DNA of 64,000 bases from an uncultured Bacteroidales bacterium (GCA_947074145.1 CAMTOJ010000008.1:32557-96556); one strand, 5' to 3'; counted from the first letter of the stretch, positions 12,148-22,554 are shown. Notes: generated by a model from the sequence alone, not told the origin. Made by a program: numbers and translations.

Positions 12148-14445
12148 TTATTTCGATTTTGTCATTTTATTTTGTACTGCAGCATCAATCACCGCAACAG
12201 CAACAACATTAACAATATCTCTTACCGAACAATCATTGCCTGTAAAATGGATAGGTTTTTTCAATCCCATTTGGATAGGTCCGATAGACTCGCAAACATC
12301 CATTTCCGACAACATCTTATAGGCTGTATTGGCGCTACTTAGATTAGGGAAGATAAGAGTATTAACATCAAGACCTGTAAGTTTATTAAATGGATATGTT
12401 TTATCTCTTAAGCTTTTATTCAATGCATAATTGACCTGCATCTCTCCATCAATTTTTAGATCAGGATACTCTTTCTGCATAATACTTACAGCTTCATGAA
12501 CTTTCAAAGGACTTCCCTCTGTATCTGCACCGAAGCTTGAATAAGAAACCATTGCCATAACCGGTTCATCAGCAAAGAATCTCACAGCATCCATTGTTAA
12601 TCTTGCGACATCAACAAGTGTATCGGTTGAAGGATGTCGGTTTATTAATGTATCTGCAATATATAGTGATCCTTTCTTTGTATTAAGAATATTAATTGCA
12701 CCGAAATGTTTGAATCCGTCTCTTATTCCGATAACATCTTTAGCTATTTTACAAGTTTCCGAATATTTACTTTGTATACCTGTGATAAATGAATCAGCCT
12801 CGCCTGATTCCACCATCATCATACCAAAATAATTAGCATCATACATTTTCTCAATAGCATCAACATAAGTATAGCCCTCTCTTGCACATTTTTCGGCAAG
12901 TTTACGTGCATATTCCTCTCGTTTAGAAAGATTTGATTCTGAACGGAAGTGAAGAATATCCATGCCTTCAAGCGAAATACCTTCCTCTTCTGCAACTCTG
13001 TGAATTTGATCTACGTTTCCAAGAAGAATCGGATAACATATACCCTCTTCAAGAGCCTGAGCTGCTGCTTTAAGCATATTGACATGAGTCGCCTCAGCAA
13101 AAACCACCTTTTTAGGTTCTGCTTTAGCCATATCATAAAGTCTTCTTACCAATTTATTGTCATATCCCATCAATTGATTAAGACTATCTTCATACGCTTT
13201 CCAGTCAGTAATGTTTTTTCTTGCCACACCCGAATCCATTGCTGCTTTTGCTACAGCCGACGAAACTTTAGTTATCAATCGTGGATCCATTGGTTTTGGA
13301 AGAATATATTCTTTACCAAAATGAAGTTTTTGCATTCCATACGCAGCATTTACAACATCAGGAACAGGTTGCTTCGCCAAATCGGCAATTGCATATACGG
13401 CTGCCAACTTCATATCTTCATTTATAGAAGTGGCGCGTGTATCTAAAGCCCCTCTAAAGATATATGGAAAACCAAGCACATTGTTGATCTGATTAGGATA
13501 ATCACTTCTACCTGTTGCAAAGATAATATCAGGACGAGATGCCATAGCCTTGTCGTATGATATTTCGGGATTTGGATTTGCACATGCAAAGACAAGTGGA
13601 TTATTATTCATTGATCTCACCATATCTTCAGTTAATACATCAGCTACAGAAACCCCAAGGAATATATCTGCACCCTTCATCGCATCAGCTAATGTATTTA
13701 TATCTCTTCTATCGGTAGCGAATTCTGCTTTTTCCGGAGTTAATCCGACGCGATCTGATCTTATCACGCCTTTGGAGTCGACCATTACGACATTCTCCTT
13801 CTTTATCCCAAGTTCCATATATAGTCGTGTACATGAAGATCCTGCAGAACCGGCACCATTTACAACTAATTTGCAATCACCAATATTTTTGCCTGCAATT
13901 TCCAATGCATTCAAAAGGGCAGCTCCTGAAATAATTGCTGTTCCATGCTGATCATCATGCATTACCGGAATATCAAGCTCTGCTTTTAATCTTCTTTCTA
14001 TTTCAAAGCATTCGGGAGCTTTAATATCTTCAAGGTTTATCCCTCCAAAGGTTGGAGATATTGCTTTTACGGTTTCTATGAATTTTTCGGGATCATTTTC
14101 GTTTACCTCTATATCAAATACATCAATTCCGGCAAATATTTTAAACAATAGTCCTTTACCCTCCATTACAGGTTTTCCGGCTACTGCTCCTATATTTCCC
14201 AAGCCAAGGACAGCTGTTCCATTAGAGATTACTGCGACAAGGTTACCTTTAGCAGTATAGTCATATGCTGTTTCTGGATTTTTTTCTATTTCAAGACACG
14301 GAACAGCCACTCCCGGTGTATAGGCTAATGATAAATCCGTTTGAGTCGTGTGAGGCTTTGTTGGTACAACTTCTATTTTTCCGGGTTTTCCACACTTGTG
14401 ATACAGTAAGGCTGCTTCTTCTTTCGAGTTCTTATTATCTTTCAT
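12148..14445 (-). CDS. maeB: NADP-dependent malic enzyme (malic enzyme domain fused to a phosphate-acetyltransferase-like domain)
   Basis: 765 aa. N-terminal half has malic-enzyme motifs (LSLAYTPGVA, FGGINLEDI, VVNGAGSAG). C-terminal ~330 aa is PTA-like. Confidence 0.94.
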   Translation of the reverse strand: MKDNKNSKEEAALLYHKCGKPGKIEVVPTKPHTTQTDLSLAYTPGVAVPCLEIEKNPETAYDYTAKGNLVAVISNGTAVLGLGNIGAVAGKPVMEGKGLLFKIFAGIDVFDIEVNENDPEKFIETVKAISPTFGGINLEDIKAPECFEIERRLKAELDIPVMHDDQHGTAIISGAALLNALEIAGKNIGDCKLVVNGAGSAGSSCTRLYMELGIKKENVVMVDSKGVIRSDRVGLTPEKAEFATDRRDINTLADAMKGADIFLGVSVADVLTEDMVRSMNNNPLVFACANPNPEISYDKAMASRPDIIFATGRSDYPNQINNVLGFPYIFRGALDTRATSINEDMKLAAVYAIADLAKQPVPDVVNAAYGMQKLHFGKEYILPKPMDPRLITKVSSAVAKAAMDSGVARKNITDWKAYEDSLNQLMGYDNKLVRRLYDMAKAEPKKVVFAEATHVNMLKAAAQALEEGICYPILLGNVDQIHRVAEEEGISLEGMDILHFRSESNLSKREEYARKLAEKCAREGYTYVDAIEKMYDANYFGMMMVESGEADSFITGIQSKYSETCKIAKDVIGIRDGFKHFGAINILNTKKGSLYIADTLINRHPSTDTLVDVARLTMDAVRFFADEPVMAMVSYSSFGADTEGSPLKVHEAVSIMQKEYPDLKIDGEMQVNYALNKSLRDKTYPFNKLTGLDVNTLIFPNLSSANTAYKMLSEMDVCESIGPIQMGLKKPIHFTGNDCSVRDIVNVVAVAVIDAAVQNKMTKSK

Positions 14446-14675
14446 AATTTCTATTTATTAAGGCCATAATCTTATTTGATTAAGGCTACAATTTTACAAA
14501 AAATATTTAACTATTATTAGAAATCATTACAATAAAAGCCTTTTTTTTGACAATATATAATTCAATGTGGTTTATGTTATATTATCAAAAGGTAATAGAA
14601 TTAAATTTTCAAAGATCATACATATATTATTTATATCCTTAATAGATTATATTTTCTGTTTAGATACGTATATCC

Positions 14676-14730
14676 ATAAAAAAATATTGATGTCATTAAT
14701 ATGAGATTATCATATTAAGACATCAATATT
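14676..14730 (-). terminator. strong intrinsic terminator downstream of the DUF3244-like gene
   Basis: aatattgatgtcattaatatga (14683-14704) pairs with tcatattaagacatcaatatt (14710-14730), a ~21-bp stem with a 1-nt bulge. The T-run on the minus strand is the A-run at 14677-14682. Confidence 0.7.
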
Positions 14731-14832
14731 TATAGAAATGATGATGATTGGTATATTTATTTTATAACTAACTATCTAAATATTACTCCTAAATTTTTGT
14801 TCTTATCATCATATATATAATCAATAAACCTG

Positions 14833-15216
14833 TTAATTTTTTTCAATTACACCCTCAAATGTTCCTTTACAGCATTCTATCACAAGATCATATTCTCCTG
14901 CTTCAATCTCTCCCAAATAGATATTAAAATTAGCATCATCTTCTACCATAAGAACAGTTTGAAAAACTATTGTTCCATCTTCAGTTGAAAGACTTACTTG
15001 AGTTTCTCCGATTCCTTCAGATAAAGTAAGACTCAGAATATTGTTATCAGGATTGTATGTACATGCAACTTTCATCTCCGTACCCGGATATGCCCTTGCT
15101 TTAAGTGTTCGAGCAAGTCCATTTCCTCTTTTCTTTAACAATACTGAATAATCAAAAGCATAAGCTCCAAAAGTTGAAGAAAATAAAATAGCAAATACGA
15201 ATAAAAGATTTTTCAT
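14833..15216 (-). CDS. small secreted protein, DUF3244-like (beta-sandwich)
   Basis: ORF 14833-15333. The internal Met gives a clean signal peptide MKNLLFVFAILFSSTFGAYA. The ~127-aa mature part (ILSLTLSEGIGETQVSLSTEDGTIVFQTVL...GEYDLVIECCKGTFEGVI) resembles the DUF3244 pattern from memory. Confidence 0.5.
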   Translation of the reverse strand: MKNLLFVFAILFSSTFGAYAFDYSVLLKKRGNGLARTLKARAYPGTEMKVACTYNPDNNILSLTLSEGIGETQVSLSTEDGTIVFQTVLMVEDDANFNIYLGEIEAGEYDLVIECCKGTFEGVIEKN

Positions 15217-15361
15217 AATGTATATATTAAAAGTTGTAAGGCAAAAGTAACCTAAATATAACAAATGGTTCAAAAATGTTAGTTTACAAATACTTTTCAT
15301 CACGAAAACACTAAAATGCTGATTGTCTGACAATAAACATTATTACAGCAAGAAAAAAAGT

Positions 15362-17077
15362 TTACATTTGGTTTACATCTATATATTCATTGAGTATTTC
15401 TTCGATAATTTCGTGCCATTCATTTTCTTTTGAAATATCCATTTTTTCTTTCATTCTGGAAAGTCTCAGAGAAATTGTCGCAGGAGTTCGACCAGTAAAC
15501 TTTGCAATATCTTCTTGTTTGAGCCGCAAAAGTAAAAGGCAAAAGATTCTAATATCTTCAGTAGTCAATCTTTTATATTGATTAGATAACTTTCGCGGTA
15601 GATCATTATATGTTTCACTCACTGTACCTACTATTTTTTCCCAATGATTTTCATTTAACATCAGATTATCGGTAGTATCTGAAAAATTTATTCCAATAAA
15701 ATATTTTAAAAGAACTTGTGAATATTTATTTCTTAAACTAAAATAATCATTCATCTTTTGGGATATTATCATCTGCTCTCTTGCTCTATTTTCCTTTTCT
15801 TTTAAAACTTCGGCTAATAATATTGCTTTCTCTTTATCTTTTTTCATACGATAACTAAAAAACAAGATTATTATAATAACAATTGTAAAAAAACCGAACA
15901 TACAAATAATTAATATTGTCCTTTTCCTAAGGCTGTTTTTTATATTAAAATTAATATTTTCAGTTTCGGATAAATGATATTTTTCTATCATATCGAATGT
16001 ATAACCTACAAGACTTTTCTCCAATTCATTTTTCTTATCTGTCAGAGAATTATAGTTGTAGAGATACTTAATTATGGAATCCTTATTGTGAAATAATTCG
16101 TAACTTTTTAGCAAACCGTAGTTAATAGATATATTACTATAAACATCATTATCACCGGATATACAATCATATAATATTTTACGAGCAGAATCCGGATTAT
16201 TGAGATTATTATATAAATAGGCTCTGTCAATTAAGGTACCGATGATATATTCATCTTTATTATTGATTGAATTTATTGCAATATCTGAATAAAAAAAGGC
16301 AGAATCCTGATTATTTTTAAACATATATGATTGAGCCAATTTTTCATAAATATCAACACAAGAACTATCATCTCTATAATCATAAGCCTGTCTTAAATAA
16401 TATATTGCACTATCACAAAAGGAATTATGTTCATTTTGAATTTTTATATTATTATGGACGGGAAAATCCATTCTTTTTTTAGACAGAATCTCTGACATTT
16501 TATAAAGATATCCGGCACCTATATTTGTTAAAGCAATAGACTTATACAGATTATTATCTGATATATTAGCATACATCAAAGCTTCATGCCAAACTTTTAA
16601 ACCTTCATCGTATTTACCCTGTTCATAATAAGATATACCAAGATAATTAGATATAAGATATCTGTATTTATTGTCATATTTATTATTTATCAAATTATAG
16701 GCCTTTAAATAATACGATGTTGATCTATTATAGATTAATAGATTATGTGAAATTTTACCACAATAAAACAATGATTTTGCGGCATTTATTGAATCATTAT
16801 TTAAAAGAAAATAATTAGCAGTATTATAAATCAAGGTATCTTCTGTGATATCTATATCACATTTATCCATTGCCTGTATCTTTAGAAGAGCATATAGCGA
16901 TTTATCATATTCGGATAATTTATTTGGATTTGGTATTTTATTTATGAGTTCTAAAGCACTTTGGGGATGCTCCTCTACTATTTGTTCTATAAATTTAAGT
17001 TCGGAATTGACATTATCACATTTAATCCAAATAAGGGAAGTTATAACTAAAATTATAGCATATATCGATCTCTTCAT
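15362..17077 (-). CDS. membrane-tethered regulator: periplasmic TPR domain, one TM, coiled coil, C-terminal LuxR-like HTH
   Basis: 571 aa with an N-terminal signal or anchor and repeated TPR-like helices. TM segment ILIICMFGFFTIVIIIILFFSY lies near residue 390. C-terminal LTTEDIRIFCLLLLRLKQEDIAKFTGRTPATISLRLSRMKEKM. Confidence 0.6.
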   Translation of the reverse strand: MKRSIYAIILVITSLIWIKCDNVNSELKFIEQIVEEHPQSALELINKIPNPNKLSEYDKSLYALLKIQAMDKCDIDITEDTLIYNTANYFLLNNDSINAAKSLFYCGKISHNLLIYNRSTSYYLKAYNLINNKYDNKYRYLISNYLGISYYEQGKYDEGLKVWHEALMYANISDNNLYKSIALTNIGAGYLYKMSEILSKKRMDFPVHNNIKIQNEHNSFCDSAIYYLRQAYDYRDDSSCVDIYEKLAQSYMFKNNQDSAFFYSDIAINSINNKDEYIIGTLIDRAYLYNNLNNPDSARKILYDCISGDNDVYSNISINYGLLKSYELFHNKDSIIKYLYNYNSLTDKKNELEKSLVGYTFDMIEKYHLSETENINFNIKNSLRKRTILIICMFGFFTIVIIIILFFSYRMKKDKEKAILLAEVLKEKENRAREQMIISQKMNDYFSLRNKYSQVLLKYFIGINFSDTTDNLMLNENHWEKIVGTVSETYNDLPRKLSNQYKRLTTEDIRIFCLLLLRLKQEDIAKFTGRTPATISLRLSRMKEKMDISKENEWHEIIEEILNEYIDVNQM

Positions 17078-17245
17078 ATTTTATCTTTTGAAAAAACTTT
17101 GAATAAAGTTAAAGCAAAAGAGATAGATATACAATAATTGATTTATTTATTTATAATACAGTTAATTACTGTTAATTGAAAGTGTGAATATTAGCATATT
17201 TTAATAACAAACATTCATTTTTATCTTGGCTAATTCAATGATAAG

Positions 17246-18361
17246 TTAAAACCAATAATTCAGATCATATTCTGATTCTATTTGGTTTTCTATGTTATCC
17301 GGTAGTTGTTGAAAAAAATCAAACCCGGTCAAAGTCTCGAGAGAATCAATCGTGATTGAAAACTCTTTTAATTGTTTCAGGGATCCTTCATTTTTTATCA
17401 CAAACCCTATTGAATGTGGTTTTTCAGAGAAAGGAGAAAGTATTGCTTTGAAAAAATAATTAGGTATTACAATTCCGGTATTTCCAAGTTTTTTCTCTTC
17501 TCCGGAAACAATAGGTCCTGTTACTATTATTATAGCACTATCTCTTTGTGCCCAATTTCTACATTTCTCCTCTAATTCTTTCCAAATGCCTCTGTTAAAC
17601 GAGGGTTCTTGAGGTGTCATATTCGAATAATAAAAGGATTCAAACATACTTTTTTCACTCCATCCCATATCGGCCGCCGGTGCAAGATGTCCTCTATCAT
17701 ACCCTGATTTAAGGTAATCTTTATTAGTTGCTGAATTCATAACATTTGGATCTTTCACAAACTTATTTACTCGTTTCACTTTTGAAACTGTTTCGTCTGC
17801 AGTAAGCTCATATCCTACCCAATTGGCAATCTTAGTATTATTATTATAAGACAAACTAAATCCTGTGTAATGTAATGTCTGACTTGATTGCTCAGGTTTA
17901 AAATCTGGAATATAAAGATCTTTTATCCCTTTTAGGTAATCTTTAGTTGACTTTTTATCTAGAATTTTCGCAGTACTATTTTCAGATTTTTTTTTGGGAG
18001 AACTATTATCAAAATCCTTTTTTTCTACTTCTGATGTTGCTTTTTGCAAAGAAACGGTATGCTCAGTTTTAGGTTTAGTTTCACTCTTTTTCTCTTTTTT
18101 CGGTATTCGATCTCCCGATAAATTAGTTTTTAAAGATGGTTTGGGCAATTCTATTTCTACAGATTTCTTTTTTTGAAAAAACGAAGATGAAATTTGTGGA
18201 AGATTATATTCCGGCAAAGATTTTAATAGATTTTTATCATAAACAAGCAGACAAAGAATTATAACTATAATAGAATATAGTATAATATTCTTAACCGGAC
18301 GTGATTTTTTTTTAGAAGAGTTCTTTTTACGTGATGATTTCTTTTTCTTAGTTTTATTCAT
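17246..18361 (-). CDS. DNA/RNA non-specific endonuclease (NucA/Serratia nuclease family), membrane-anchored
   Basis: 371 aa with the catalytic YDRGHLAP plus SNMTPQ motifs. Lys/Ser-rich N-terminus, a single TM, and a low-complexity K/S/E linker. Confidence 0.88.
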   Translation of the reverse strand: MNKTKKKKSSRKKNSSKKKSRPVKNIILYSIIVIILCLLVYDKNLLKSLPEYNLPQISSSFFQKKKSVEIELPKPSLKTNLSGDRIPKKEKKSETKPKTEHTVSLQKATSEVEKKDFDNSSPKKKSENSTAKILDKKSTKDYLKGIKDLYIPDFKPEQSSQTLHYTGFSLSYNNNTKIANWVGYELTADETVSKVKRVNKFVKDPNVMNSATNKDYLKSGYDRGHLAPAADMGWSEKSMFESFYYSNMTPQEPSFNRGIWKELEEKCRNWAQRDSAIIIVTGPIVSGEEKKLGNTGIVIPNYFFKAILSPFSEKPHSIGFVIKNEGSLKQLKEFSITIDSLETLTGFDFFQQLPDNIENQIESEYDLNYWF

Positions 18362-18401
18362 TTGAGGACAAATTTTCTTTTATCTATCCAAAAATAAAGA
18401 A

Positions 18402-19145
18402 TTATTTATTTATCCTGGGCATCAAAACATCTTTTACAAAAACAAAATTGGGATTTACTTCAAGAGCCTTATTCATCCATAATCTTGCCTTACCGAGATC
18501 TCCTAATTTTTCATTAACAACAGTTAATGTTGATAAAATAAACAGATATCTCCAATCTTCTGAAGCAATATCCGGATGTTGAGTAAAATAGCTATATACT
18601 TTCATATAGTGTTGAAGCGCTTTTTTTCGATCCCCTCCCAAAGCCTCAGGAAAGAAATACAAAAAATTGGCGTAAGAAAGATTTCCAACCGTAGAATTAG
18701 GATCAAGAGAGAGTGATTTCTTTGCTCCCATAAACATAGAAGGAGCAAGAATAGGAGCTTTCATTGGAGAAATTGCTATTTCAAATGCCGTTATTATGGA
18801 TCCATAAGCAACAATATCTGCATTATTTGCAAAGGGTTTACTCAATGATTGATATGTTTTTTTTGCTTTTTTGCACCAAATGTCAGCATCCTTTTTATTG
18901 TTTACATCAAGAAGATGACCTATGTATCCATAATAATATTTCATTATATCAAGCGTGGCAGTACTATCAGGATAATTTTGAAGAGCCTCTTTCTCTAAAG
19001 TTTCTATAATTCGAGGCCAATTGCTAAAATCCCTTGCTGCAAAACTTTCATATGTATAACTTTTGTAAGCATCCTTTCCAAATGCTATACATGTAATATT
19101 AAAAAGGAAACAAAGTGATATAATCCAATACCTCATAATTTTCAA
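18402..19145 (-). CDS. secreted all-helical TPR-like protein (TatT-family-like)
   Basis: 247 aa with a signal peptide. Helical repeats and the GGDRKKALQHY ... LGDLGKARLWMNKALEVNPN pattern are reminiscent of TatT-type TPR proteins. Family assignment is from memory only. Confidence 0.45.
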   Translation of the reverse strand: MKIMRYWIISLCFLFNITCIAFGKDAYKSYTYESFAARDFSNWPRIIETLEKEALQNYPDSTATLDIMKYYYGYIGHLLDVNNKKDADIWCKKAKKTYQSLSKPFANNADIVAYGSIITAFEIAISPMKAPILAPSMFMGAKKSLSLDPNSTVGNLSYANFLYFFPEALGGDRKKALQHYMKVYSYFTQHPDIASEDWRYLFILSTLTVVNEKLGDLGKARLWMNKALEVNPNFVFVKDVLMPRINK

Positions 19146-19180
19146 TAACTAAAACATTCTTAATAGAAAGCTACTTTAAT

Positions 19181-19867
19181 CTATTTTTTTTCAGTCTTCT
19201 CCATATATTCTTCAAGAACTTTCACAGCTTTATCATTCTTAAACACAGGACCAGCATAAAAAAGGATATTGCGTACTTCTTCTCGTGTAAAATTTGAAAA
19301 ATTTTGCAAAAAAACCAATACCCCAGCAAGATTATCATTATTTTTTTCAACAAATTGAAGTGCAAGATCTGTTTTTTCTTTACTATATAACCTATGCCAT
19401 CCCTCAAATGCCATAGATAATGAATCAGAAACCCGTCCCTCTTCAATGTTTCTCTCATGTTGTTGATCAAGATACTTTATCTTTTGATCATAATAATGAG
19501 TTTGTGCATAATACTCTGCGAGGTTATTATTAGCTACGCCGCCTCTTACATATGAAAAAGTATCAATATAAGCTTCCATTTTCCCTTTTTCAAGAATAAA
19601 TACGGCTGGTGAATAATTACTCTTTTTGGTGTCTCCAAAAGTTAATTCGCTAAAAAAAGGCTCTGATAACGCTCCTTTAAATCTAAATTTATCCTCCTCT
19701 ACAAGTGCACTGTCATAAGTAACAAGCTCACTGCCTACAACCTGTTGAAGGTAGATATATCTTCCATTCAATGACGAATCAGCTACTCTTCCGTTTATAA
19801 TATATGTCTTATTATCAGAACATGATACTAAAATTACTGCAAATATACATATTAGAAAATATTTCAT
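19181..19867 (-). CDS. DUF4369-domain lipoprotein (lacks the thioredoxin domain that usually follows)
   Basis: ORF 19181-19891. The internal Met gives a lipoprotein signal MKYFLICIFAVILVSC. YIINGRVADSSLNGRYIYLQQ is the typical DUF4369 start. Confidence 0.6.
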   Translation of the reverse strand: MKYFLICIFAVILVSCSDNKTYIINGRVADSSLNGRYIYLQQVVGSELVTYDSALVEEDKFRFKGALSEPFFSELTFGDTKKSNYSPAVFILEKGKMEAYIDTFSYVRGGVANNNLAEYYAQTHYYDQKIKYLDQQHERNIEEGRVSDSLSMAFEGWHRLYSKEKTDLALQFVEKNNDNLAGVLVFLQNFSNFTREEVRNILFYAGPVFKNDKAVKVLEEYMEKTEKK

Positions 19868-19990
19868 AGTCTTGTTATTGGTGAAAGTCATATTTATAAC
19901 AATGGTATATCTATATTGTTTATAATTCTTTTACAAAAAGAAATACAAGTCAACAAATTCAAAACGCTATGAAATAGGAGATTAAACAAT

Positions 19991-20026
19991 AAAGGCGAAA
20001 TAAAGAAATTTCTTTATTTCGCCTTT
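19991..20026 (-). terminator. intrinsic terminator downstream of the EamA gene
   Basis: aaaggcgaaataaagaa (19991-20007) pairs with ttctttatttcgccttt (20010-20026). Confidence 0.65.
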
Positions 20027-20065
20027 TATTATAACATTACTTGAAGAGAAATATACTTTTATATA

Positions 20066-20944
20066 TTAGGCTATACTTTTCTTGGGAATTATAACAGATG
20101 CTGTTTGTAAAATGACGGATAATACAATAAGTGACAGGCCTAAATAGAATGAGCTATTTAAATCGTTAGCCTCTTTAAACAATATCATAGCAATAAGAAT
20201 ACTATAAACAGGTTCAAGGTTATAGCTGAGATTCATAGTAAATGCCGAAACTTTTTTGAGAACCTGAATCTGAAGCATATATAATCCTATTGTACACACA
20301 AGACAGAAGAATATAAGATACAAAATGTCATTTCCCGTCGGTATAATATTATCGGTTGGAAAAAAATAGAGATAAAAAGGCATAAGAGCCGTTACTCCAA
20401 TAAATCCTCCAATCATTTCGTATTCAAGAACTGTCCCTGAAGGGTGTTTTTTCCCTATTTTCTGATTAACTATTGAAAATAAAGCACATAGAGCAGAAGA
20501 TATTACACCAAGCATTATTCCTAAATGATAACGAACATCAAAATGAAAGATTACAGCTACACCACAAAGTGTTATAACGCTAAACAATAATTCTTTTGCT
20601 GACAGCTTTCGTTTATTTATTATTGGGTCGAATAATGCAGTGAAAAAACCTACAAGCGAGAAACATACCACTCCAATAGATACATTCGCGGTTTTTATAC
20701 TCGCATAAAAGAAAATCCAATGTAGAGCCAGAAGAAATCCGGCCGAACCAATTTTCAAAAATTCTTTTGTAGATACTTTTTTTAATTTTCCTCCTAAAAA
20801 AAGTATCAATCCAAAGATTATTGATGTTGCAAACAAACGATACCAAACAAGCAAACCCTCATTAAGAGTTATCAATTTTCCGAATATACCGGTGAATCCG
20901 GCAATAAAAACAGACAAATGAAGCTTTACAAACGCCTCTTTCAT
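20066..20944 (-). CDS. EamA/DMT-family transporter
   Basis: 292 aa with ~10 predicted TM helices in two EamA-like halves. Confidence 0.72.
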   Translation of the reverse strand: MKEAFVKLHLSVFIAGFTGIFGKLITLNEGLLVWYRLFATSIIFGLILFLGGKLKKVSTKEFLKIGSAGFLLALHWIFFYASIKTANVSIGVVCFSLVGFFTALFDPIINKRKLSAKELLFSVITLCGVAVIFHFDVRYHLGIMLGVISSALCALFSIVNQKIGKKHPSGTVLEYEMIGGFIGVTALMPFYLYFFPTDNIIPTGNDILYLIFFCLVCTIGLYMLQIQVLKKVSAFTMNLSYNLEPVYSILIAMILFKEANDLNSSFYLGLSLIVLSVILQTASVIIPKKSIA

Positions 20945-21075
20945 ACTAAATTATTATTTTAATTTTCCTGGTCTGAATTAATCAGATCCCTTGCGCCGTT
21001 TATTAAAAAATACTTTGTATGCCCCGTTTTCACAGGGCATTATATTATATGCTAACTACTATTAAGATCAATATC

Positions 21076-22002
21076 TTAAAACCATTTTATTCTTCTGAAA
21101 ATTATGAATGCCAAAGCTGAAAGAACAATCGAACATATCACGATATAAAGAAATGCCAATGGATAATTCTCAAGATGTATATCAACGTTCATTCCATAAA
21201 AACTTGCTATCAAAGTGGGAATCATCAATACAATCGAAAGACTAGTCATACGCTTCATTATAGTATTTACATTATTGGATATAATAGAAGCAAATGCATC
21301 CATAGTACCCGTTAAAATATCACTATAAATATTAACCATATTATATGCCTGTCGAAGTTCAATCAAAACATCCTCTATTAGATCTTCATCCATCATTGAC
21401 GCACTCTGAAATATCGATTTCAGTTTTCCTATAAGCATCTCATTTCCCCTGATTGAAGTATTGAAATAAACCAATGTTTTCTGTAGTTTCATCAAGCGTA
21501 AAAGATCTTCATTCTTGATACTGCTTTCAAGGGCTTGCTCTGCTGATCTGACATCAATGTTTATCTGTTTCAGATATTTTAGAAACCATACAGCCGAAGA
21601 GTATATGATACGAAGAATCAAATCAACCTGATTATTTATTTTTACAGACTTTCTCCTTGTATATAGAATGAAATCATCAATCATACTAGCCTTTTGATAA
21701 CAAAGAGAGATTGTATATTTCTCATTTGTTATTATACCTAATGGTATCGTAGTATATGGTATATCATTATTTCCAGTCTGAACAGGAATGCGAACCACTG
21801 TTAGCAACCATCCATCCTCCTCCTCAATACGCGGTCGTTCATCGGTATCTGCAATATCTTTTAAAAATGATTCTGGCACTTTAAGTTCATCCTTCAAATA
21901 CTCGAAGTCGCTTTTATCAGGTACCATTACATTTATCCAGCAATCCTTCTGCCAGTCTTGTTTTTCCACAAAACCGGTTTCACAATAAAGATAAGTTCTC
22001 AT
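21076..22002 (-). CDS. corA: CorA-family magnesium/cobalt transporter
   Basis: 308 aa with a soluble N-domain and two C-terminal TM helices carrying the signature FYGMNV. Confidence 0.9.
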   Translation of the reverse strand: MRTYLYCETGFVEKQDWQKDCWINVMVPDKSDFEYLKDELKVPESFLKDIADTDERPRIEEEDGWLLTVVRIPVQTGNNDIPYTTIPLGIITNEKYTISLCYQKASMIDDFILYTRRKSVKINNQVDLILRIIYSSAVWFLKYLKQINIDVRSAEQALESSIKNEDLLRLMKLQKTLVYFNTSIRGNEMLIGKLKSIFQSASMMDEDLIEDVLIELRQAYNMVNIYSDILTGTMDAFASIISNNVNTIMKRMTSLSIVLMIPTLIASFYGMNVDIHLENYPLAFLYIVICSIVLSALAFIIFRRIKWF

Positions 22003-22472
22003 TATTGTCTCTCCTTTCTTTTTACGCGGAATGAGACATTATCTTATCTTATCTCACAGCCACTTTGTTAATACACTCTAAATACGTTCGCGAATTGGGG
22101 TCGTCCATATTTTCTTTTAATTTTTTAGCGCGACAAAAGTACGCTTTATTTTGCTTTTTATTCATTATTCCGTATGTAAATATTGATATTTAAAGCATAT
22201 TTTTTTAATGAATTAATTTTTAATTTATTTTAACACGAACACCCTTATTGTACTTAATACATATAGTTTGTTTTAATCCAGATACATTATTCTTTTCTGT
22301 ATATTTTATAATAAAAGAACCGTTAATCCTTATGTTAATGTGATAAAAAAGGATTAATAATTAAGAAATAAGAGAACGAAAACAATAAGCTTATTGTATT
22401 ATTTACACGAAGCTTTTCGGAGTTTAATAATATTGCTCATAAATCAGCTCTTGCAACTAAAATAAATACCAA

Positions 22473-22480
22473 TACATTTG
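22473..22480 (+). promoter_or_regulatory. candidate -7 box (TAnnTTTG) for the Nudix-type regulator gene
   Basis: tacatttg lies 75 nt upstream of the ATG at 22555. A cTTG sits ~19 nt upstream. Confidence 0.3.
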
Positions 22481-22554
22481 TATAAGAATTCATTATTCAA
22501 AACAACAAATGGATAAGAATCTGATACCTGAAAACATTATAAATTTTTCTATAT

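Noticed and set aside
12949-13446. 165-aa plus-strand ORF, plus neighbours at 13550-13951, 14078-14260 and 14265-14447.
   Set aside because: All lie antisense within maeB, which is unambiguous. These are typical AT-rich antisense open frames.
22003-22160. Possible Mg2+ (M-box-type) riboswitch or structured leader upstream of corA. An aaggagag sequence just before the ATG is unusual for Bacteroidota.
   Set aside because: I could not find convincing conserved helices or M-box-like sequence by eye. The purine-rich stretch alone is weak evidence. An Rfam scan would settle it.
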